A DNA stretch of 64,000 bases, taken from assembly GCA_964527235.1 (NCBI GenBank), contig CAZGNC010000002.1:146381-210380 (forward strand), read 5' to 3'. Under the pieces are notes generated by a model. The model ran no database searches. It saw nothing but the letters and a program-made list of their open reading frames with translations, and was not told the origin of the DNA. The position numbers and the translations under genes were made by a program. Below are positions 38,942-47,160 of the stretch, piece after piece. This stretch comes from an uncultured Candidatus Saccharibacteria bacterium (GTDB taxonomy: Bacteria > Patescibacteriota > Minisyncoccia > Phycocordibacterales > UBA9973). Every line of letters starts with the position of its first letter. The first letter of the stretch is position 1.

Positions 38942-39346
38942 ATGGAACTACAAGTCGGGGTTAAAATTTTATTACAGAATAAAGAAGGGAAATTTTTATT
39001 ACTGCAGAGGAACCTAGATAAATACACTGAAATCAAGAAAAATGATTCCCTGGATATTGTGGGAGGCAGGATAAATATTGGAACCCCGCTTTTAGAAAAT
39101 TTAAAAAGGGAAGTTTTTGAAGAGACTAAGCTAGATTTAAGAGATACCCCTAAGCTTGTGGCTGCACAGGATATTTTAAGACCAGATAAACATGTGGTCA
39201 GGCTTACATACATAGGGCAGATAGAGGGTGAGCCCGAGTTGGATTTCGAGCATACAGAGTATAGATGGCTATCAAGAGATGAAGTTTTGAAACAGCCTGA
39301 CTTAGATCCTTACACCAGAGAGGTTTTTAATAATTTAGATTTCTGA
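38942..39346 (+). CDS. NUDIX hydrolase (second paralog)
   Basis: Nudix box GGRINIGTPLLENLKREVFEETKL. Start taken at MELQVG (38942) rather than the ORF-track 38876. Confidence 0.65.
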   Translation: MELQVGVKILLQNKEGKFLLLQRNLDKYTEIKKNDSLDIVGGRINIGTPLLENLKREVFEETKLDLRDTPKLVAAQDILRPDKHVVRLTYIGQIEGEPELDFEHTEYRWLSRDEVLKQPDLDPYTREVFNNLDF

Positions 39347-39358
39347 TATAGTTTCCCT

Positions 39359-40051
39359 ATGGCAAAAGGGAAATTAATTGTTTTAGATGGGACGGACGGA
39401 TCTGGTAAGGCAACACAGGTTGAGCTTTTGCGGGCACGACTAGTAAAGGAGGGGTATAAAGTTAAAGTTTTGGATTTTCCCGAGTACTATAATAATTTTT
39501 TTGGTAAATTTGTTGGACACTGTCTATCAGAGCAGTACTATAATTGGATAAAAGTTCATCCCAAAATAGCTTCAGTTGTTTATGCTGCAGATAGATGGGA
39601 GTCCAGTGAGAAAATAAGAGGATGGCTTAAGAAGGGCTACATAGTTCTTTCTAATAGGTATGTTTCTGCAAATCAAATTCATCAAGGCGGTAAAATTGCT
39701 AATGCTAAGAAGCGCGCTGCATTCATTGAGTGGCTTGAGGAGATGGAGTATGGGGTGTTTAAAATTCCTAAACCAGACATAGTGGTTTATTTAAGTGTAC
39801 CGATGAAAGTTATCTTAAGGTTAATCAAAGAAAGACAGGAGAAAACTTCACGTGCGTATTTAGGTAAGAGGAAAGACATAGTGGAAGGCGATTTCTCATA
39901 TTTAGAAAATTCGAATAAAGCAGCACTTTGGCTTGCTGATACCCAGAAAGGTTGGGTCAAAATAGATTGTGTTAAAAATGGTGAGATTGATTCTAGGGAG
40001 AATATTCACGAGAAAATTTTTGCAAATATTAAAAAAGTAATTAGAAAATAA
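39359..40051 (+). CDS. tmk: Thymidylate kinase
   Basis: 230 aa; P-loop LDGTDGSGKATQ; DRW/DRY. Confidence 0.85.
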   Translation: MAKGKLIVLDGTDGSGKATQVELLRARLVKEGYKVKVLDFPEYYNNFFGKFVGHCLSEQYYNWIKVHPKIASVVYAADRWESSEKIRGWLKKGYIVLSNRYVSANQIHQGGKIANAKKRAAFIEWLEEMEYGVFKIPKPDIVVYLSVPMKVILRLIKERQEKTSRAYLGKRKDIVEGDFSYLENSNKAALWLADTQKGWVKIDCVKNGEIDSRENIHEKIFANIKKVIRK

Positions 40052-40052
40052 A

Positions 40053-40385
40053 ATGGAACTAAACGAATATCAAAAACAAGCTTTAACGACTGCAGCGTAT
40101 GATGATAAATATAAAATCATTTATCCTGCACTGGGTCTTGCAGAGGAGACTGGGGAAGTCGTCGGCAAGGTCAAGAAGTGGTTACGTGGAGATGATGGGG
40201 TAGGAGAGATGAGCGCTGAACGCAAGGAAGCACTTAAGGGCGAGCTCGGAGATGTGCTCTGGTACTTGTCGGTGCTTGCTAGTAACTTAGATATGACACT
40301 TGAGGAGGTTGCTAAGTGGAACGTAGATAAACTACAATCAAGGAAGGCTCGAGGTTTGATAAAGGGCGATGGGGACACAAGGTAA
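40053..40385 (+). CDS. MazG-like nucleotide pyrophosphohydrolase
   Basis: 110 aa; EE..E and ELGDVLWYL motifs. Confidence 0.7.
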   Translation: MELNEYQKQALTTAAYDDKYKIIYPALGLAEETGEVVGKVKKWLRGDDGVGEMSAERKEALKGELGDVLWYLSVLASNLDMTLEEVAKWNVDKLQSRKARGLIKGDGDTR

Positions 40386-42018
40386 TATGCAGATGGAAGA
40401 TAAAATAAAAAAATTAATAAATAAAGCGCTTGAAAATCTTGGCATGGGAGATGTGTCTTTTGTCGTTGAGCATCCTGGAGATGTAAAGATGGGGGACTAT
40501 TCGACTAATGTTGCTATGGCACTAGCCAAGACTGCTAAGTCTAACCCGCGTGAACTCGCAGGTAAAATAGTAGATGAATTAAAAAAAGATTTACCGAAAG
40601 AAATTGAAAAAGTAGAATCCGCAGGTGCAGGTTTTATAAATTTCTATTTATCTCCAGAGTTTTTCTCTAATGCCACAGAAGAAATTTTACAAGATGAGAG
40701 ATTTGGTGCAAACGAGAATTTAAATAAACAAAAGATAATGGTTGAGCATACTGACCCGAATCCTTTCAAGGAGTTTCACGTGGGTCACTTGATGCCCAAC
40801 GTCATAGGCTCTACTATAGCGCGAATCTTAGAATGGAATGGTGGAGAAGTTAGCCAGGCATGTTATCAGGGCGACGTCGGTATGCATGTGGCGAAAGCAG
40901 TTTGGGCCTTGATGCAAGGCTCTGACATCAAGACCGCTTATGCTGATGGATCACGAGCATTTACAGAAAGCGAAGAGCACAAGAAAGAAATTCAAGAAAT
41001 AAACAAGAAGATATATCAGAAGACAGACAAAGAAATAAATAAAATTTACGAAGATGGACGCAAGGAGAGCCTTGAGTATTTCGACTCAATGTACAAGATG
41101 CTCGGGCAGAGCTTCGACTATTTCTTCTTTGAGTCTGAGGTCGCGGGTAAGGGTAAAGAAATAGTAGAGCAAAATATTGGTAAAGTCTTCGAAAGTGGGG
41201 ATGGTGGAGCGGTAGTGTTCAAAGCAGAGAATTTCGACAAGAGTCTTCACACTCGTGTGTTCATAAACGGCGAAGGTCTGCCGACTTATGAGGCGAAAGA
41301 GCTGGGTCTCGCTGAAATAAAATACGAAAAATATAAATATGATAAATCAATAGTAATAACTGGTAACGAGATAAATGATTATTTTAAAGTTTTGCTTTGT
41401 GCAATGAAGCAGATTTTCCCGGAGCTTGCTTCGAAGACTCTGCACTTCTCGCACGGTATGCTCCGCCTCCCTACAGGCAAGATGAGTTCTCGCACTGGCG
41501 ACGTCATAACCGCAGAAAGTTTGATAGAAATGCTTAAAGATAAAGTGAAAGGCGATGAGAGAGTGGCGATAGGTGCTATCAAGTATATGATCCTCAGGCA
41601 GTCTGTCGGCGGAGATATAATTTTCGATATTGAGAAGTCTGTATCTACCGAAGGTGACTCGGGCGTGTATCTACAGTACTCTCACGCGCGTGCGCATTCG
41701 ATACTAGAGAAAGCTAAAGAAGAAAGTATAAAGCCTGATGCCACTATCCCAGACGGCTGGGCAACGACCGAAGTCGAGAGACTGCTTTATAGATTTCCTG
41801 AAGTCGTTACTCGTGCAGGAGAAGAGTTCGCTCCGCACTATATAGTGAACTACCTCACCGAGCTTGCACGTGCTTATAATAGCTTCTATGGCAACAACCT
41901 AATAGTGAAAGCAGGGGATGATACTTCGCCTTACAAAGTCGCTCTAAGTGAGGCCTTCGCTACTGTTATGAAAAACGGGCTCACAATTCTCGGTATCGAT
42001 GCCCCAGATAGGATGTAG
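40369..42018 (+). CDS. argS: Arginyl-tRNA synthetase
   Basis: 549 aa; Arg_tRNA_synt_N; class I HVGH; DALR anticodon-binding domain. Confidence 0.9.
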   Translation: MGTQGNMQMEDKIKKLINKALENLGMGDVSFVVEHPGDVKMGDYSTNVAMALAKTAKSNPRELAGKIVDELKKDLPKEIEKVESAGAGFINFYLSPEFFSNATEEILQDERFGANENLNKQKIMVEHTDPNPFKEFHVGHLMPNVIGSTIARILEWNGGEVSQACYQGDVGMHVAKAVWALMQGSDIKTAYADGSRAFTESEEHKKEIQEINKKIYQKTDKEINKIYEDGRKESLEYFDSMYKMLGQSFDYFFFESEVAGKGKEIVEQNIGKVFESGDGGAVVFKAENFDKSLHTRVFINGEGLPTYEAKELGLAEIKYEKYKYDKSIVITGNEINDYFKVLLCAMKQIFPELASKTLHFSHGMLRLPTGKMSSRTGDVITAESLIEMLKDKVKGDERVAIGAIKYMILRQSVGGDIIFDIEKSVSTEGDSGVYLQYSHARAHSILEKAKEESIKPDATIPDGWATTEVERLLYRFPEVVTRAGEEFAPHYIVNYLTELARAYNSFYGNNLIVKAGDDTSPYKVALSEAFATVMKNGLTILGIDAPDRM

Positions 42019-42038
42019 TTGCTTTTTAGTGTAGAGTG

Positions 42039-42077
42039 TGTTATAATATACGTGAACCATTCACAGGAGTTTTTTGC
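42039..42077 (+). promoter_or_regulatory. Promoter-like TGTTATAAT and AGGAG SD for the small GC-rich ORF
   Basis: Extended -10 at 42039-42047. AGGAG at 42064-42068 is 8 nt upstream of the ATG at 42078. Confidence 0.4.
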
Positions 42078-42305
42078 ATGCTGATCGGGCTCGACGCTAA
42101 GGGAGTGGAGGAAATCGAGGAGATGGATAGGATGGGGCGCAGAAACCCACGGCTTGTTGCCGCTGCGGTTCGACGCACCAACCCTCCGGTAGACGACCCG
42201 CGGTTCGCAGCGCAGGTCGTTCGGGCAGCAAATGCCACCGTTGTCTTCAAGCAGGCCGTGCTGATCGCGATCAGTGCAGCGCTGGCGCGGCGAGGCAGTA
42301 AGTAG
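42078..42305 (+). CDS. Small GC-rich hypothetical protein (76 aa), probably horizontally acquired
   Basis: ORF with a good SD inside a ~60% GC island. The internal 14-bp palindrome CTGATCGCGATCAG lies at 42262-42275. It ends at a strong terminator. Confidence 0.35.
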   Translation: MLIGLDAKGVEEIEEMDRMGRRNPRLVAAAVRRTNPPVDDPRFAAQVVRAANATVVFKQAVLIAISAALARRGSK

Positions 42306-42318
42306 GCAACATCAAGAT

Positions 42319-42356
42319 GGGGGCAGTCGCAGTCGCGACTGCCCCGTTTGCTTTTT
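42319..42356 (+). terminator. Rho-independent terminator (GGGGGCAGTCGC-AGTC-GCGACTGCCCCG plus T-run)
   Basis: Perfect 11-12 bp stem followed by TTTGCTTTTT. Confidence 0.65.
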
Positions 42357-42399
42357 ATATTTACTTTAAGTTTAATTTTGCTACTATATTATGTATAAG

Positions 42400-42565
42400 C
42401 ATTGAAGGGGCTATCACCCCTGAGCTTTGGGAAGAAAGCCGAAAGGTGAGTAGAACCCTTAAATGAGAAGCCCCGCGAGAGGCGGGTAACAAGCAAGGTG
42501 GTACCACGGGGAAACTCGTCCTTGAGTTATAACTTAGGTTGTAATTCGTGGACGAGTTTTTTTAT
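42400..42565 (+). promoter_or_regulatory. T-box riboswitch leader (Ile-responsive) upstream of ileS
   Basis: T-box core AAGGUGGUACCACGG. Terminator AAACTCGTCC...GGACGAGTTTTTTT. Candidate AUC specifier in the GGGGCU-AUC-ACCCC hairpin. Confidence 0.55.
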
Positions 42566-42575
42566 TTTTAATAAT

Positions 42576-45500
42576 ATGGAAGAAAAAAATATAACAAAAA
42601 AGAGTGATGTAGTGCTTCGCGAGGAGCGTGTTTTGAATTTCTGGAAGGAGCAAAGAATTTTCACAAAGTCAGTAGAAGCAAATGAAGGCAAGCCAGAATT
42701 TGTATTCTATGAAGGTCCACCTACAGCCAACGGCAAGCCTGGCATTCACCACCTCGAAGCTCGCGCATTTAAGGATGCGATACCTAGATACAAGACCATG
42801 CGAGGATTTCATGTGCGCAGGAAGGGTGGCTGGGATACGCACGGGTTGCCGGTAGAGCTTCAAGTAGAGAAGAAGCTAGGGCTTAATTCCAAGAAAGCCA
42901 TAGAGGAATTCGGCATTGATAAATTCAACCAAGAGTGCAAGAAGAGTGTCTGGGAGTATCTAGAGATTTGGAATAAATTTACCGAGCGTATTGGTTACTG
43001 GGTGGATCAAGATAATCCATATGTGACCTATCACAACAATTACATCGAGTCTGTCTGGAGTATTCTTGAGAAAGTTAACAATCAGAAATTACTTTATAAA
43101 GATTATAAAGTTGTGCCTTGGTGCCCACGTTGCGAGACCGCTCTTTCTTCTCACGAGCTCGCCCAGGGGTACGAAGATGTGAAAGATCTTTCTATCACGG
43201 CGAAATTTAAACTTACCAACTCCGCCAGTGAAAAATTTTTTCAGGTCCTCGGAAAAAATCCCCAGACCGTTCAAAAATCTTCCCCTGGCTCCGTTTTCAT
43301 ACTTGCTTGGACCACGACTCCTTGGACATTGCCTGGCAACATAGCGCTTGCTGTAGGGGAAGATATAGATTATGTGTTAGTTAAAGTCGAAAATGATTTT
43401 GTGATTTTGGCGAAAGAGCGCCTAGCGAAAGTTGCAGAAGGACATGAAGTTCTAGGTGAATTAAAAGGTAAGGATTTGGTGGGTTTAGAATACGAACCAC
43501 TTTTCCCATATCTTAGAAATTTATTACAGCAAGAAGGTGAGTCTATAGAGAAAGCTTTCAAGGTTTATTCTGCTGACTTTGTGACTACTGAGGACGGTAC
43601 TGGTGTGGTGCATACTGCTGTTATGTACGGGCAGGACGACTTCGAGCTTGGTACGAAATTAGGTTTGCCCAAGATTCATTTAGTTAGTCCTGATGGTAAA
43701 TTTGTGAAAGGCACAAGCTTCCTAGAAGGTAGATTTGTGCGCGAAGAAATAGATGGCAAGCCAACTTTAGCAGTTGATCTTATTAAAGAATTACAAGCTA
43801 AGAATTTATTCTTTAGTAAAGAAAATTATCTGCACTCATATCCGCATTGCTGGCGTTGTCACACTGCACTTATCTACTACGCTAGAGATTCTTGGTACAT
43901 TAGAATGTCTGACCCAGATGTCAAAGGCAGGCTGATCAGTGAAAACAAGAAGATAAACTGGGAGCCAGAGCATACTCGCGAAGGGCGTTTCGGTGAGTGG
44001 CTCAAGGATATAAAAGATTGGGCCGTGTCTCGTGAGCGTTATTGGGGAACTCCGCTTCCTGTATGGGAGTGTTTTCGATGTGATAATAGAAGCGTCATCG
44101 GCGGGCTCGAAGATTTGAAAAATAAGTCCAAGAAATCTGGTAATAAATATTTCGTAATGCGTCATGGTGAAGCCGAGAAGAATGTTAAAAATATAATAAA
44201 TTCTACCAACGATAATCCTTCGCCTCTGACTGCGAAAGGTAGGGAGCGTGCCAAAGACGGCGCTAAGAATATAGGAGAAAAGATTGATCTTATTTTTGCT
44301 TCACCACTTTTACGCACTCAAGAAACTGCGAAAATAGCTGCCGAAGAACTCGGCCTATCTCCAAAAGAAATAATAACTGACGACAGGCTTATAGAAATTC
44401 AGTCAGGAGTTCTGAATGATAAACCAATAACAGAATTCAGAAGTTTCTTCGCTTCGCACTCTGATCGTTTCCATCAGGCCCCAGATGGTGGAGAGAACTT
44501 AACCCAGGTTAAAAGACGAATGGGGGAATTCTTGTACGACATAGACAAGAAGTATGCTGATAAAAATATTTTAATTGTGAGCCATGAAGATTCTATATGG
44601 ATGCTTGAGGCTGCTGCCAAGGGTCTCGATAGTTACGGCAGTAGCTTGTTGTGGTTGCCTGGAGGTAAGAACTTTATAGACATGGGAGAGGCGCGAGAGA
44701 TAGAATTCACACCAATACCTCACAACCAGGATTGCGAGCTTGATTTCCATCGTCCATTTATCGACGAGATAAAGCTTGTATGTGATTGTGGAGGAGAGAT
44801 GACTCGCGTGAAAGAAGTTATGGATGTATGGTTCGACTCAGGTGCGATGCCTTTCGCCCAGGATCATTATCCTTTCGAGAATAAAAAGTGGGTAGATGGT
44901 GATGGTTTCCCTGCAGACTATATCTCTGAGGCAATAGATCAGACTCGAGGCTGGTTCTATACTCTGCATGCTATTGGGGTGCTGATGGGTAAAGGTCAGG
45001 CATATAAGAATGTTATTTGCTTGGGACACTTGCTAGATGCTAATGGGAAGAAGATGTCTAAGTCTTTGGGCAACGTAGTGGACCCTTGGGATATGATAGA
45101 GAAGTACGGTGTAGATACCTTGAGACTCTGGATGTATTCAGTGAATCAACCTGGTGAGTCAAAGAACTTCGATGAGAAGACCGTGGCGTTACTAAATCAG
45201 CAAGTGTTCGGTTTGCTCTACAACGTCTTGGCTTTTTATGAGCTTTATCGAGATAAAAGTTTAGAAAATAAAACTGAAAACATTGAGCCAGATAATATTC
45301 TGGATCAATGGATTTTGGTACGTTTAGTTGAGCTGTCTAATCTCTGTACTGAGAATATGGATGAGTACAGGCTTCTCGAACCTGTGCGTGCCATAAGGGA
45401 TTTCGTAAATGATTTGTCGACTTGGTACCTACGACGTTCTCGCGACACAATAAAAGGAGGAGATGAGAGCACCAAGCAGACATTGTATTTTGTGCTTAAA

Positions 45501-46115
45501 ACCTTAGCTAAAATCATGGCTCCATTTGCTCCACTCGCATCTGAGGATATATGGATAAAGTTAAGAAATGAAAGTGATGTAGAAAGCGTGCACCTAGCCT
45601 CATGGCCAGACGTGGCAGATATGGGTCGCTATGATGTTGTAGAATTTATGCAGAGGACTCGCGAGATAGTGTCTCTTGGTCTTGAAGCGCGACAACAAGC
45701 CAAGATTCAAGTTCGTCAGCCACTAGCGAAAATAACTGTAAAGAATTTGAAATTAAAAGAAGAATTTATTGCTCTAATCAAAGAAGAATTAAATGTTAAA
45801 GAAGTTGTTGAAGACAATAGTATCGAGAAAGAAGTAGAGCTTGATACTGTTATAACTCCTGAGCTAAAAGCTGAAGGGGATTATCGCGAGTTCGTTAGAG
45901 CGCTACAAGAAGCTCGCAAGAAGCAAGGACTCAACCCTAGCCAGCCAGTGAAGATAACTATAAATGCTACCAAAGAAGGCAAGGAGTTACTTAAGAAATT
46001 CTCTAAAGATTTACAGAAAGTCGTACTCGCGGTGAAGATAGAGGTAAAGAAAACTGAAGGTGAAGAGATCAAAATAGGTAAAATTGTTTTTAAGGTAAAA
46101 ATTGAGAAGAAATAA
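42576..46115 (+). CDS. ileS: Isoleucyl-tRNA synthetase with a nested histidine-phosphatase (PGAM-like) domain
   Basis: 1179 aa from MEEKN. The ORF-track start at 42498 lies inside the T-box. HIGH-like PPTANGKPGIHH; CP editing domain; KMSKS at ~45050. A ~200-aa insert (nt ~44090-44730) carries RHGE...SPLLRTQETA...IVSHEDS between WECFRCDN and LVCDCGG. Confidence 0.9.
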   Translation: MEEKNITKKSDVVLREERVLNFWKEQRIFTKSVEANEGKPEFVFYEGPPTANGKPGIHHLEARAFKDAIPRYKTMRGFHVRRKGGWDTHGLPVELQVEKKLGLNSKKAIEEFGIDKFNQECKKSVWEYLEIWNKFTERIGYWVDQDNPYVTYHNNYIESVWSILEKVNNQKLLYKDYKVVPWCPRCETALSSHELAQGYEDVKDLSITAKFKLTNSASEKFFQVLGKNPQTVQKSSPGSVFILAWTTTPWTLPGNIALAVGEDIDYVLVKVENDFVILAKERLAKVAEGHEVLGELKGKDLVGLEYEPLFPYLRNLLQQEGESIEKAFKVYSADFVTTEDGTGVVHTAVMYGQDDFELGTKLGLPKIHLVSPDGKFVKGTSFLEGRFVREEIDGKPTLAVDLIKELQAKNLFFSKENYLHSYPHCWRCHTALIYYARDSWYIRMSDPDVKGRLISENKKINWEPEHTREGRFGEWLKDIKDWAVSRERYWGTPLPVWECFRCDNRSVIGGLEDLKNKSKKSGNKYFVMRHGEAEKNVKNIINSTNDNPSPLTAKGRERAKDGAKNIGEKIDLIFASPLLRTQETAKIAAEELGLSPKEIITDDRLIEIQSGVLNDKPITEFRSFFASHSDRFHQAPDGGENLTQVKRRMGEFLYDIDKKYADKNILIVSHEDSIWMLEAAAKGLDSYGSSLLWLPGGKNFIDMGEAREIEFTPIPHNQDCELDFHRPFIDEIKLVCDCGGEMTRVKEVMDVWFDSGAMPFAQDHYPFENKKWVDGDGFPADYISEAIDQTRGWFYTLHAIGVLMGKGQAYKNVICLGHLLDANGKKMSKSLGNVVDPWDMIEKYGVDTLRLWMYSVNQPGESKNFDEKTVALLNQQVFGLLYNVLAFYELYRDKSLENKTENIEPDNILDQWILVRLVELSNLCTENMDEYRLLEPVRAIRDFVNDLSTWYLRRSRDTIKGGDESTKQTLYFVLKTLAKIMAPFAPLASEDIWIKLRNESDVESVHLASWPDVADMGRYDVVEFMQRTREIVSLGLEARQQAKIQVRQPLAKITVKNLKLKEEFIALIKEELNVKEVVEDNSIEKEVELDTVITPELKAEGDYREFVRALQEARKKQGLNPSQPVKITINATKEGKELLKKFSKDLQKVVLAVKIEVKKTEGEEIKIGKIVFKVKIEKK

Positions 46116-46146
46116 AGTCTTAAAAGTTTTGTGGTAAAATAGAGGA

Positions 46147-46539
46147 ATGAAGACGATTTTGGTTGATGGAGCTTATACTTTTACTATAGAAAAAGATGGG
46201 CATTTTGTGATTTTTTCGGAGATGCAGGATTTATTAGAAAGATATCCAAATAGAAAGATAATTTTAACCGGGGCAGATAAAGAAAAACAAAAATTCTACG
46301 CCTTAGATCAGGTCCCTTATGAGCTTTTTACACTCAATCATAATCCACCTAAAACTAACCCAGAATATTACAGGACCATGCTCAACACACTTCAACTAGA
46401 TCCTGCTGATTTGGTTTACTTTGAACACACCCTCGAAGCTGTAAAAAGCGCCCAGTCTGTTGGCATTAATACTTATTTTTACGATGATAACAAGAAAGAT
46501 TTAGTAGGACTAAAGAAATTTCTCGACGAGAATTTGTAA
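46147..46539 (+). CDS. Hypothetical protein, possibly a HAD-like hydrolase fragment
   Basis: 130 aa; ILTGADK and YFYDDNKKD reminiscent of HAD-superfamily motifs III/IV. Confidence 0.35.
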   Translation: MKTILVDGAYTFTIEKDGHFVIFSEMQDLLERYPNRKIILTGADKEKQKFYALDQVPYELFTLNHNPPKTNPEYYRTMLNTLQLDPADLVYFEHTLEAVKSAQSVGINTYFYDDNKKDLVGLKKFLDENL

Positions 46540-47120
46540 TGCACCACATTTATCACACAGAAGGCATAATACTAAGTAGCAGGAATTTCGGAGAATCGGG
46601 GAAGTATTATCATATCCTCACTCGAGATTTGGGGCTTGTGATGGCTTCGGCTTCAGGCGTGCGCAAGATGTCATCGAAATTGCGATTTATATTGCAGGAC
46701 TTTTCTTATTTGAAAATTGATTTAGTGAAAGGCAAAGACTTCTGGCGAGTCACCAGTGCTTCTAAGACTAATGTTTTAGAAGACATCACCAAGAAGCCTG
46801 AGATATTTGCGATCTTAGCGAACATATCGCGCTTGCTCAAGCGACTTCTCCCAGGAGAAGAATTTAACGAAAGTTTATTTACTGATTTAGTGCATGGTCT
46901 AGATGTTTTAGCTAAAGCCAAGACTAAAGAAGAATTGCGCAACATCGAAGCGGTTATGGTTTTGCGTATTTTGAATAGTTTGGGATATATAGGGGACAGT
47001 GAAGCATTGAAAGATCTAGTAAGTTCGCCTTTCGTGTATGACATTCTCCACGAAGTTGGTGCTAAGAGGGTGCATATACTCTCAGAGATAAACAAAGCCC
47101 TAAAGGAAACTCAGCTTTAA
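46539..47120 (+). CDS. recO: DNA repair protein RecO
   Basis: 193 aa; N-terminal OB fold (TEGIILSSRNFGESGKYYHILTRDLG); short. Confidence 0.6.
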   Translation: MHHIYHTEGIILSSRNFGESGKYYHILTRDLGLVMASASGVRKMSSKLRFILQDFSYLKIDLVKGKDFWRVTSASKTNVLEDITKKPEIFAILANISRLLKRLLPGEEFNESLFTDLVHGLDVLAKAKTKEELRNIEAVMVLRILNSLGYIGDSEALKDLVSSPFVYDILHEVGAKRVHILSEINKALKETQL

Positions 47121-47160
47121 GACATTTTTTAAATCTCTTTTAGAGTGTTATAATTAACCA

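Noticed and set aside
42498-42575. N-terminal extension of the ileS ORF (start at 42498)
   Set aside because: It overlaps the T-box core and terminator hairpin. The conserved IleRS N-terminus begins at MEEKN (42576).
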